DNA from: Candidatus Hermodarchaeota archaeon
Lineage (GTDB): Archaea; Asgardarchaeota; Hermodarchaeia; Hermodarchaeales; Hermodarchaeaceae
Length of the DNA: 64,000 bases
Direction of reading: 5' to 3'
Assembly (NCBI GenBank): GCA_016839805.1
Contig: JAEOTO010000032.1
Coordinates: 96,001 to 160,000, forward strand
Below the pieces are notes generated by a model. That model worked only from the letters and a program-made list of their open reading frames with translations. It was not told the DNA's origin and ran no database searches. Made by a program: the position numbers and the translations under genes. This document shows, piece after piece, positions 37,138-45,716 of the stretch; within the stretch, counting starts at the first letter, position 1, and every line of letters starts with the position of its first letter.

Positions 37138-38136
37138 ATGTCTAGAAACGGGAAAACGGTTCGTGATTTTGGTGAACGGGGATTAATCCGCTGGTTCCAG
37201 GATTTAATTACTCCTTATGATAAGGCGCTGCTTTCGGGAATGGAAGATGCAGTGGCAGTTCCAGTGAATGATAAGGCCCTCGTTGTGAATAGTGACATGT
37301 TAGTTGCTTCAACGGATGTATTACCCGGTATGACAGCAGATGAAATCGCTTGGAAAGCTGGAGTTATGGGATTAAGTGATTTAGCAGCAAAAGGCGCTTT
37401 ACCATTAGGAATTGTAGTTTCATTGGGGCTTCCTGCTGAAACCAAAGCGAATTTTGCAGCAGCATTAGTCGGTGGTTTGAATTGTGTGAGTCGTGAACAC
37501 GACACTTACTATCTTGGAGGAGACACTAACCAATGTGTCGAATTAGTGATTGATTGTACTGCCATTGGCATTGTTGAGCAAAATCACCTCATCCGAAGAA
37601 GAGGCGCAAACCCCGGTGATCTCATTGCAGTGACTGGCGAGTTTGGATATACTGGAGCCTTATTCGAAGCGGTTTTACGCGGACACAAGAAGCCTAAAAA
37701 AGTTGTAGAAACAATACGAGAAAAGGCTCTCCGCCCCCGTGCTCACATTAGAGAGGGACAAGCCTTGGCAAAAGCAGACGCCGTGTCAGCTGCGATTGAT
37801 AGCAGTGACGGATTAGCTTGGTCATTACACGAACTCTCCGCCGCGAGTCGAGTGGGCTTCCGTATTGATGCACTCCCAATTCCTCCCATTTGCATTGAAT
37901 TTGCTACCTCAAATGATTTGGACCCAGTAAGTCTCGCGCTTTACGGGGGAGAAGAGTTTGAACTGGTAGTTACCGTTCCTCCTAATCGATGGAAAAAAGC
38001 GCAAGAAGCCATTCAAAAGATTGGTGGTAATTTAATCCGTATTGGAAAGATAGTCGATGAACCCGAGAAAATTCTTGTAATCGATGATGATCATAGAGTG
38101 ATCAAGCCGCATGGATTTGAGCATTTTTCAAAATAG
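37138..38136 (+). CDS. thiL: Thiamine-monophosphate kinase
   Basis: GERGLI, EDA, DMLV, SDLAAKGA.P, GGDT, DSSDGL, GGEEFEL. Confidence 0.93.
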   Translation: MSRNGKTVRDFGERGLIRWFQDLITPYDKALLSGMEDAVAVPVNDKALVVNSDMLVASTDVLPGMTADEIAWKAGVMGLSDLAAKGALPLGIVVSLGLPAETKANFAAALVGGLNCVSREHDTYYLGGDTNQCVELVIDCTAIGIVEQNHLIRRRGANPGDLIAVTGEFGYTGALFEAVLRGHKKPKKVVETIREKALRPRAHIREGQALAKADAVSAAIDSSDGLAWSLHELSAASRVGFRIDALPIPPICIEFATSNDLDPVSLALYGGEEFELVVTVPPNRWKKAQEAIQKIGGNLIRIGKIVDEPEKILVIDDDHRVIKPHGFEHFSK

Positions 38137-38142
38137 GAGAAG

Positions 38143-38261
38143 TGGCGGGCTCGGGGGGATTTTCGGTAACCAAAAGGTATTCATTCGAACCCCCGACAAT
38201 CGGGTATCTCTGAAACGAGATCTTAAGAGCCCGACGCTCTGCCTGGCTAAGCTACGAGCCC
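38143..38261 (-). tRNA. tRNA-Lys(CUU) with two introns (37/38, 18 nt at 38206-38223; 59/60, 24 nt at 38160-38183)
   Basis: 77-nt spliced cloverleaf GGGCTCG...CGAGCCC-G-CCA; BHB helices CTCT/AGAG and TTCG/CGAA. Confidence 0.92.
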
Positions 38262-38358
38262 GCATCAGTGCAGTTTTTCTAGCCTTTATATTAAAACTTT
38301 CTGAAAAACAGCTGAGCCGTAGAATTTTATACTGTCAATGTCACAATGGCGACTTAGT

Positions 38359-38802
38359 ATGACTACAAAACGGATTGTAATTGCTGGAACTTTCGACATA
38401 CTACATCCAGGTCACGTGTTTTTGATTTCCGAGGCCGCAAAACAAGGTGAAGTGATCGTGGTTATCGCCCGAGATGATAACGTGCTACATGCTAAAGGTC
38501 GTCAAGTAATTGTTCCAGAAAAACAACGCCTTTTCATGGTCCAAGCCTTGAAAGGAGTTTCTAAAGCTATTCTAGGGAAACCAGGGCCTGATTTTGTAGG
38601 CATTGTAGAGGAGTTAGAGCCGGATATCCTGTTATTAGGTCCCAATCAAAAGATGGATCTTGTACAAGTTCAAACTCGATTGCAGCAAAGAGGTCTTAAG
38701 ACAAAAGTAATGCGATTGAATCGATTATTCGATGAATTCCCGTTAAATAGCACGACGAAGATTATTGAGAAAGCGTATGCGAATCGGAAAGGTCAGCATT
38801 AA
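38359..38802 (+). CDS. ribL: Archaeal FAD synthase
   Basis: GTFDILHPGH, VIARD, PDILLLGPNQ, STTKII; adjacent to ribK. Confidence 0.85.
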   Translation: MTTKRIVIAGTFDILHPGHVFLISEAAKQGEVIVVIARDDNVLHAKGRQVIVPEKQRLFMVQALKGVSKAILGKPGPDFVGIVEELEPDILLLGPNQKMDLVQVQTRLQQRGLKTKVMRLNRLFDEFPLNSTTKIIEKAYANRKGQH

Positions 38803-39451
38803 CTGTAATTATATCTCCGTCGGATATCCTGAGCTTTTCACGGAGATTGACAGGGGCAATAATCTCAACAACATTTGGATGATGATGTGTACGTTCGATT
38901 TGAAGGATAGCTGCCTTTTGTTGATTATTTACTGTTGCCAGATAACATGCTACAGGTCCGAAACTTCGATCACCGGTTGTAAAACCATTAATTTCTATTC
39001 CAATTGTTGCTTTGAGTAGCCGAAACTCATTCACATCGGCATCAGTATGTAACTGAATATTCAAGGTTCCAGGAAATGGTGTATAGCCTAATTTTTTTCG
39101 GAATTGCTTGCGATATCCCTCTAATTGCACGTAGTAGGCTCCTTCTCCTAATCCGGTAAAGATCCGACCCCGAAGGGTTACTGATCGTTTCTTAGTCATA
39201 GCTACTTCTAGAATTGACTGAACGTGGGTCAATTCAGCTACTCCTTTTGATTCAATTCGTATTAGTTGACCACGATTTGTTAGAATACGTTGAATCCATC
39301 CATTTTGTTCAAGAGCAGCTAATCTCCGTGATGCAGTTTGTTGACTTGTATTGAGAAGAAGGGCAAGTCTTGGAGTAGATGTTCGTATACTGTTAGTTAC
39401 AGCACCGAGTTGGGCTAATACTAGAAGTGTGAACCATAACTGTTCTTTCAA
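38762..39451 (-). CDS. ribK: CTP-dependent riboflavin kinase with N-terminal HTH
   Basis: SQQTASRRL HTH, TGLGEGAYY, PFPGTLN, EIIAP.NLR. Confidence 0.93.
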   Translation of the reverse strand: MKEQLWFTLLVLAQLGAVTNSIRTSTPRLALLLNTSQQTASRRLAALEQNGWIQRILTNRGQLIRIESKGVAELTHVQSILEVAMTKKRSVTLRGRIFTGLGEGAYYVQLEGYRKQFRKKLGYTPFPGTLNIQLHTDADVNEFRLLKATIGIEINGFTTGDRSFGPVACYLATVNNQQKAAILQIERTHHHPNVVEIIAPVNLREKLRISDGDIITVNADLSDSHTLSQ

Positions 39452-39456
39452 TTATA

Positions 39457-40122
39457 TCATCCATTTTTCTTCAGTTCTATTCGGGCGTTGGTGGCTAGTT
39501 GGTGGGCGCGTCGAGTCGGCTCGGGAAGTCGATATTTTGTGATACATTTCAATGTCATATCGACTGCAGTTTTGAGAGAGATTCGATGACCTACACTTAC
39601 ATAAATTGGATTACACCCCGGTTTGGTTGAAATTCGAGCGCCCACCACTTCGTTATTTAGAACAATTTTATCAAATGATTTTAAATTGGACTCAATTTCA
39701 CCGCATAGCATTCGTTTTGCTACTCCTATTGTTGGTATTTTCTTCAGGACTCCAAAATGACTTGCAGCACCTAATCTTCGTGGGTGAGCGCGCCCATGTG
39801 CGTCAACGAAGCAAAGATCAGGTGTATATGATAAAGCTTCGTAAGCAAGTGAGAGAGGAGTATACTCCCGAAAAGAAAGAAATGTCGGGATATAGGGTAC
39901 TGTAGTTTGGGTTACAATGATTTTTTCTTCAAGCAGTTGCAGTTCTGGGAAGCTAATGAGTACAGCTGCCCCAATAGCGGTTTGTTCGATATATGCAACA
40001 TCTAATCCACAAACACATTTGGGTGGAATTGTGAAATCGTCTGCTTCGATGACACAGTCAACTAGACTTTGTTGAACTTGCCGCGCTTTTTTTGTAGAGA
40101 AGCCTTTTGGCAAGTACTCCAT
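39457..40122 (-). CDS. nfi: Endonuclease V
   Basis: GLDVAY, PYIPTFLSFRE, VDAHG..HPRR.G.ASH, GVAK, YRLPEPTR.AH. Confidence 0.95.
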   Translation of the reverse strand: MEYLPKGFSTKKARQVQQSLVDCVIEADDFTIPPKCVCGLDVAYIEQTAIGAAVLISFPELQLLEEKIIVTQTTVPYIPTFLSFREYTPLSLAYEALSYTPDLCFVDAHGRAHPRRLGAASHFGVLKKIPTIGVAKRMLCGEIESNLKSFDKIVLNNEVVGARISTKPGCNPIYVSVGHRISLKTAVDMTLKCITKYRLPEPTRRAHQLATNARIELKKNG

Positions 40123-40129
40123 GCCCCTA

Positions 40130-40774
40130 TTATTCTTTCAGCTTTTTTTGAAACGAGTTAATTCCTGCAAGTAGGCGACGGTTTTCTATTGCAGTACTAA
40201 GATCAGCACGGGTTCTTTCAATTAACCCACGTGCTATGTCTGTTTTTCTTCTCACACCCGGGGTTAAACCACGTGGAAAATCAAAGGTTAGTAAAGTGGC
40301 ATAGATTTGTTCCATCTCCTCAAACGCACGTTTTGCCTCCTTTAAATTATCATCTATCAAAGAATCAATAGCATATCTTCGGAGTTCACCTACTAAGTCT
40401 CCTAGACCCTGTAGATAACCAACTTCACTTACGCCAATTTCTTCTGGTCCTGGAAGATTTTGTTTTATATTGAATGCTAGAAATAGCGCCGCTTCCGCAA
40501 CCTCACCCTCCGCATCATGAACTAGCCCGATAACAGGTAGTTGACTTAGTTTTTCAAGATGTGTCTGTGCTGCCTTCATCATTGATTGGGCATTTGTTAT
40601 TGATTTTTTAGCTTTCTTTAGTTCGCCTTGGTGAACGGCAGATATGGCTTCTCGAGTTACTTTGAGAACTTTATGCATTTCATCAATAAGAAGATCCCGA
40701 GCCTTGTTTTGTACTGAAAGTTTAGCATAAATATCGTCGCCAATTTCTTTGAGACCCATTGTTATTTGCTCCAT
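40130..40774 (-). CDS. Translin/TRAX (C3PO-like) ribonuclease
   Basis: EGEVAEA, YLQGLGDLVGELRR, RRKTDIAR. Confidence 0.88.
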   Translation of the reverse strand: MEQITMGLKEIGDDIYAKLSVQNKARDLLIDEMHKVLKVTREAISAVHQGELKKAKKSITNAQSMMKAAQTHLEKLSQLPVIGLVHDAEGEVAEAALFLAFNIKQNLPGPEEIGVSEVGYLQGLGDLVGELRRYAIDSLIDDNLKEAKRAFEEMEQIYATLLTFDFPRGLTPGVRRKTDIARGLIERTRADLSTAIENRRLLAGINSFQKKLKE

Positions 40775-40824
40775 TTTATCTAAGTTACAGCTGATGGTGC
40801 AGTGAATAAAAAATACTTAAATGA

Positions 40825-41784
40825 TTGGCTTTGGGTGAAAAGATGGGTTGTACTGTGGTTTCCTCTGAGTTAGCGAAGATATACAGGAAGCAACGTTATC
40901 GGTTCATTGGTAAGAATAGTGTACTGAAGAAATGTTATCATGTTCACAAGGCGCTAACCCAACAACGACCGTGCTATAAACAGACCTTCTATCATACAAT
41001 CACCACTCATCGGTGTATGCAGCTCTCACCGACTTTACAATGTTCGCAAGCCTGTCTCTTTTGTTGGAGGACAATGCCAGGTGATGAGGGGTTTCCTAGA
41101 GGATTAGAGAAGGAAATACCAGATGAGCCATCAGAGATTTTAGATAACGCTGTAATTGAGCAACGTAAAATTCTTGATGGGTATAATCCAGTGTGTCACC
41201 CTAAGGTTACCCCGCAAATGTATGCGGAAGCTAGAAATCCCCGTCATGTTGCTATTAGTTTGGTTGGAGAGCCAACCCTCTATAGTCGCTTATCTGATTT
41301 GATTACAGAATGTAAACGGAGAGGTTGGACGAGTTATCTTGTAAGTAATGGCACTAACCCTCATCTGTTAGAACAAATTGAGGAGCCTACTCAGCTTTAC
41401 ATTTCCTTTGTTGCACCCGATAAGAGAACCCACCAAGAACTTTGTCGACCTAATGTACCGAAAGCCTGGGACCGGGTCCAAAAATCTTTGAACCTGTTTT
41501 CTTCATTTTCCTGTCCTACTGTTGTGCGAATGACTCTTGTTGAGGGATATAACATGCACGGTGTTTCTAATTATGCACAAATACTAGATGCAGCTAACCC
41601 GGATTATATCGAATGCAAAGCGTATATGCATGTAGGGGGGAGCATGCAGCGTTTGTCTCGTGAAAACATGCCAGGTATGAAATCTATTCGAGAGTTTGCT
41701 GAAGCAATAGCTAATCAAACTGGATACTCGGTTACTAATGAAGATACAGTTAGCCGGGTTGTCTTGCTATCACAAAGCCAATAG
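40825..41784 (+). CDS. taw1: 4-demethylwyosine synthase (radical SAM)
   Basis: CYKQTFY, HRCMQ, CSQACLFCWR, AISLVGEPT, ECKAYMHVG.S. Confidence 0.92.
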   Translation: MALGEKMGCTVVSSELAKIYRKQRYRFIGKNSVLKKCYHVHKALTQQRPCYKQTFYHTITTHRCMQLSPTLQCSQACLFCWRTMPGDEGFPRGLEKEIPDEPSEILDNAVIEQRKILDGYNPVCHPKVTPQMYAEARNPRHVAISLVGEPTLYSRLSDLITECKRRGWTSYLVSNGTNPHLLEQIEEPTQLYISFVAPDKRTHQELCRPNVPKAWDRVQKSLNLFSSFSCPTVVRMTLVEGYNMHGVSNYAQILDAANPDYIECKAYMHVGGSMQRLSRENMPGMKSIREFAEAIANQTGYSVTNEDTVSRVVLLSQSQ

Positions 41785-41794
41785 AAGAACCTGA

Positions 41795-42412
41795 TCATTC
41801 AGCAAGGGAGAGATGCTTTGTTTCTATTCCACCTGGTGTTACGATAAGAAGATCAATACCGTCGCCTGACATTGCATCCCGTCGTGTGGCAGCCTGAATA
41901 GCCTTGACTGCTAAGTCGATTGCCTCCTCTTTTGAGAGATTTTCACGAAAATTGGCTTCGAGTACTCCGAGGACTAGTGAAGTAGCAGTACCAACTGCTG
42001 CATAAGTCTCTTTAATAAGAGAGCCTGCAAGATCAAGGCTGTATAGGTGCGAGCCGTCCTGGTCGACACCACCAATCAGCGTTTGTGTGAGATAGGGCAT
42101 ATACTTACGACTAAAGAGAATATTGGAGAGTAATTGAGCTGCAGCTTGAACCGTGATTGATCGCCGGTTTTCGAGTTCAAAGAGGTTGGATTCTGCAGTT
42201 AAGAAGGAAGAAAGCATTTGGTAATCGCCGCTAACTCCAGCACTTCCGACAATGATATTCTCGGTTATTGGAAAAACTTTCTTTCCAGTTTTACTAACTA
42301 CTGTGTAACCCCAAAGTACTCGTTTTTCGGCACCGATGACTACTCCATTTTCAAAGGTTATTCCAACGGTTGCTGCACCGAAGAAAGGAGTCAAATCAGT
42401 TTGTCCGTTCAT
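41795..42412 (-). CDS. psmB: Proteasome beta-type subunit, predicted non-catalytic
   Basis: Ntn fold (TVGI...GVVIGAEKR, KKVF, IGGVD, RDAMSG) but GAATVG instead of GTTTVG. Confidence 0.9.
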   Translation of the reverse strand: MNGQTDLTPFFGAATVGITFENGVVIGAEKRVLWGYTVVSKTGKKVFPITENIIVGSAGVSGDYQMLSSFLTAESNLFELENRRSITVQAAAQLLSNILFSRKYMPYLTQTLIGGVDQDGSHLYSLDLAGSLIKETYAAVGTATSLVLGVLEANFRENLSKEEAIDLAVKAIQAATRRDAMSGDGIDLLIVTPGGIETKHLSLAE

Positions 42413-42492
42413 TAAAATTACCTGCTCAGCTATCGTATGAAAGCAGTTAAAAAATCTTTGTGACTTGCTTGATTAATGGGTTGTGATCGATT

Positions 42493-43530
42493 TTGAATCC
42501 CTTTACCAAATTGAAATACATCCAAAGTAGCAAGGAATTGTTAGATATCGCCTTTGCACGTGCTTCGAAACTAACATTACCTAAATCGAAGAAACCGACC
42601 CATATTCGTGTTCGTGAACGGGAAATTGCCAAGTTAAAGAAAGTGAATGAAATCCTCACTACAAGATTAGAGGAAGTTGTCAAGCGTTTTCCAAATTTTG
42701 ATGAGATCCATCCGTTTTATCGAACTCTGGCTGACACAGTGATTACAATTGATGAGATTCGTCAGGCCCTTGCATCAGTGACATCTGCAATTCGAATCAT
42801 TCGAAGTATCATCAAGGAGAGTATCCGTAAATTAAGGAGCATTGGAACTCCGAATGAGGCCCGAAAACTACGATCTGCTGCTTATGGTCGAATCTCATCA
42901 GTAATTAACAGGTTAGAACTACGATTGACACTGATCCGTCGAGCGGCGAATGAATATCGTCGGTTTCCGTCAATCGATCTTGATTTGCCAGTGATTGTAG
43001 TTGCTGGTTATCCCAATGTAGGTAAAAGTTCACTTGTTGCAATTCTGTCTTCAGCTAAACCTGAAATTGCTGAGTATCCATTTACAACTAAAAAAATTAG
43101 CGTTGGACATTTTCCCATTAACTCAAATGAAGGACAAGTCCTCGATATCCCCGGACTATTAGATCGTCCGATGAAGAAGAGAAATCCGATTGAACAGAGG
43201 GCTATTGCAGCCATTCAGTACCTTGCTGATGCCATCATCTTTCTGATTGATCCGACATTACATTGCGGATTTGAACTTTCTAACCAAGTTGCTTTATTTC
43301 AGGAAATTACCAAGGTGTTTGTTGGATTTGATATATTTCCAGTTTTAAACAAAGGCGATATTGCATCTTTGAACGAGATCAAAATCGCACGCAGTGAATT
43401 CAAGAGGGGTGGAATTCCAGTAATTAACACGCTAACCGATGGTGACGTTGATCGTGTTTTTCGTGATATAATTAGTCGGTCTGAGAAAATTCAGGAGAAG
43501 CTGAAGCACCTTCTAAGCCAATCCCGTTAA
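42493..43530 (+). CDS. NOG1-family GTPase (large-subunit biogenesis)
   Basis: HPFY, GYPNVGKSS, YPFTTK, DIPGLLDRP, NKGD. Confidence 0.92.
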   Translation: MNPFTKLKYIQSSKELLDIAFARASKLTLPKSKKPTHIRVREREIAKLKKVNEILTTRLEEVVKRFPNFDEIHPFYRTLADTVITIDEIRQALASVTSAIRIIRSIIKESIRKLRSIGTPNEARKLRSAAYGRISSVINRLELRLTLIRRAANEYRRFPSIDLDLPVIVVAGYPNVGKSSLVAILSSAKPEIAEYPFTTKKISVGHFPINSNEGQVLDIPGLLDRPMKKRNPIEQRAIAAIQYLADAIIFLIDPTLHCGFELSNQVALFQEITKVFVGFDIFPVLNKGDIASLNEIKIARSEFKRGGIPVINTLTDGDVDRVFRDIISRSEKIQEKLKHLLSQSR

Positions 43531-44554
43531 CAGATATTTGGGCAGGGTTATCTAATTTTCCTTGAATTGTGAACTGAATGTCAAGGAACTGTTCCACAAC
43601 GTGTATATTGGTCATAGTATGCAAAGAGAGATTGGATATAAAAATCGATGAAGAGCCTTTAGCTAATGCCAAGTAGGGAATGAGCATATCAGCTTGGTTT
43701 TGATCCACAGGAGCGTTAGTATTTAGTTCTTGTATTATCCTTAATGCGGCTTGTTCTCCCACTTTTTCAGCTCTTAACCCACGGCGCCCCAAAGCATCTG
43801 CGCCAATTAACCTATTTTTACTCGTAACCCACAATGATATGCCACTTCCTGGAGATAAGGTGTTTTTAATGTGCTCAATTTTGATCGCATCTAACTGATG
43901 TTCCGCTTGCACAAGCTCCTGTTTTGCAGCATTTGCTTGTCTTTCTGCTACATGACTGGGTAGCGATCCACAGTGAGAAATTCCTGAGATTCTAGGGGTT
44001 TCCTCATCTTTTATCAAGATGAGTGGAGTCAAACTAGTGATCGGGGTGAGAGAGGCAGTAACATGTCCTCCTCCCTTTGGGTAGTACCCTCGGTTTTTAA
44101 GGTGTAATTGTCCAAGAAAACCCATTTGATGTAATCGTGGAAGAAATACATGTTGAAGATAGTCAATTGGGGGACTCCAAGCTACATTGGTTCCACCCTT
44201 TAATGTCGCAACAATAGCCTGTTCACAAAATGGTGCGACTACCATAATTGCTTGTAAAACAAGCGTAATGGATCCAGCCGTACCAATATCTACCGTAATC
44301 TTTCCTCCACGAGGAGATTGGGGAAAAAACTCGATCTGACTTGATCCCACATGGGTTCCTTTCACTTTTGCATCGGTTAGCTGTTTAACGGCTAACATTC
44401 CATGGAGATGTTGAGGTCGAAGTCCTGGGTTTTTTCGTTTTGCACGAATATTTTTGACTATTACTGGTTTATCTAAAACAGCTGCAAACGCAATTGCTGA
44501 ACGAAGGATTTGCCCTCCACCTTCGAGTGTGGACCCGTCTATTTCAACAACCAT
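43472..44554 (-). CDS. rtcA: RNA 3'-terminal phosphate cyclase
   Basis: EGGGQILR, PGLRPQH, TAGSITL, GGT, RGYYPKGGG, adenylated His in LHTMTN. Confidence 0.93.
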   Translation of the reverse strand: MVVEIDGSTLEGGGQILRSAIAFAAVLDKPVIVKNIRAKRKNPGLRPQHLHGMLAVKQLTDAKVKGTHVGSSQIEFFPQSPRGGKITVDIGTAGSITLVLQAIMVVAPFCEQAIVATLKGGTNVAWSPPIDYLQHVFLPRLHQMGFLGQLHLKNRGYYPKGGGHVTASLTPITSLTPLILIKDEETPRISGISHCGSLPSHVAERQANAAKQELVQAEHQLDAIKIEHIKNTLSPGSGISLWVTSKNRLIGADALGRRGLRAEKVGEQAALRIIQELNTNAPVDQNQADMLIPYLALAKGSSSIFISNLSLHTMTNIHVVEQFLDIQFTIQGKLDNPAQISVNGIGLEGASASPEFSQTD

Positions 44555-44605
44555 TTTCCGTCACTGAAAATTGCTTTATAGTGGTTGCTTTAAAGTGCTT
44601 ATACC

Positions 44606-45187
44606 ATGACACCTATTAATATTGGAATTATGCAGATAAAGCCAGATCGGTGGCTAGCATTTGCCGTTGAAAAAGGCACAGATAATCTCGTTGCATGCAC
44701 TTCATCCCCAATTGCAGCCCAGAACGCGGAAACTAGCCTGAAGAATGCCCTACGCCGATTAAAGCGCTTTGACGATTACGACGAAAGCTACCGATTACCA
44801 CAATCTTCAGAGATTGGACAAAGATTGGGTCAACTTATGCAGGGGAAAGGACAACCATTTGATTTGAAAGGAATTTCACAGACAAATTGGTCTCCAGCAC
44901 GTCTTAATATTTCGAAGCAGTTATTACAAGTGCCAAAAGGAAAAGTAATCTCTTATGGAGGACTAGCCCGACTAACTAACTCGTCTCCGCGTGGCGTTGG
45001 TTCTGTGATGAGAAGTAATCCCGTTCCATGGGCTGTACCCTGCCATCGGGTGATTCACTCTGATGGACGACTCGGGAAGCTCGGTGGAACCATTAGCGGT
45101 ACAAAAGAAAAAGCAAGAATTTTACAAGCTGAGGGAGTACTCTTTAACAAGGATGGTACCGTTAGCCAGAAAGTTCTTGTTTGCTAG
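44606..45187 (+). CDS. ogt: O6-methylguanine-DNA methyltransferase
   Basis: VPKGKVISYG, PRGVG, NP....PCHRV. Confidence 0.92.
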   Translation: MTPINIGIMQIKPDRWLAFAVEKGTDNLVACTSSPIAAQNAETSLKNALRRLKRFDDYDESYRLPQSSEIGQRLGQLMQGKGQPFDLKGISQTNWSPARLNISKQLLQVPKGKVISYGGLARLTNSSPRGVGSVMRSNPVPWAVPCHRVIHSDGRLGKLGGTISGTKEKARILQAEGVLFNKDGTVSQKVLVC

Positions 45188-45203
45188 TCGAGGATGGTAA
45201 TTC

Positions 45204-45716
45204 ATGAGGCAGCCTGGCCTTTTTATTGGAAGATTCCAACCCCTACATAATGGTCACGTCCATGCCTTAAAACAGATTTTTAATGAAGAGGAAAAAGTTT
45301 TCATTGTTATTGGAAGCGCTCAAGCGAGTTATACTCCCACTAACCCGTTTACTACGGCGGAACGTCTTAGGATGTTACAGGCGGTCCTAAGCAGTTTAGA
45401 AATTCCTTGCTCGCAGTATCAGATAATTCCAGTTCCAGACATTCACAACTTTAGATACTGGGTGGACCATATCAAACAGTATGTACCACCTTTTGGAATT
45501 GTATATTCAGGTTCAAAAACTGGTCAGGTATTATTCTCAGAAGAAGGATGTCCTGTTAAAAAGATTAGATTAATACAGAAAAAGAAATTTTCAGCAACCG
45601 AAATTCGACGGAGATGGGTTCAGGGAGAAGAGTGGGAATCCTTAGTTCCTAAAGCTGTTATAAAATTGATTCATCAATTTGAAGGCGTTCGAAGGGTTAA
45701 GTCTCTTTTCTTTTAG
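45204..45716 (+). CDS. nadM: Nicotinamide-nucleotide adenylyltransferase
   Basis: GRFQPLHNGH, GSAQ, NPFT..ER, SATEIR. Confidence 0.93.
   Translation: MRQPGLFIGRFQPLHNGHVHALKQIFNEEEKVFIVIGSAQASYTPTNPFTTAERLRMLQAVLSSLEIPCSQYQIIPVPDIHNFRYWVDHIKQYVPPFGIVYSGSKTGQVLFSEEGCPVKKIRLIQKKKFSATEIRRRWVQGEEWESLVPKAVIKLIHQFEGVRRVKSLFF

Noticed and set aside
36922-38362. ORFs 36922-37131 and 38111-38362
   Set aside because: Antisense shadows of tRNA-Thr and tRNA-Lys.
43472-43530. Convergent 3' overlaps (nog1/rtcA, ribL/ribK and others) as antisense regulation
   Set aside because: Common in compact archaeal genomes; nothing specific supports regulation.
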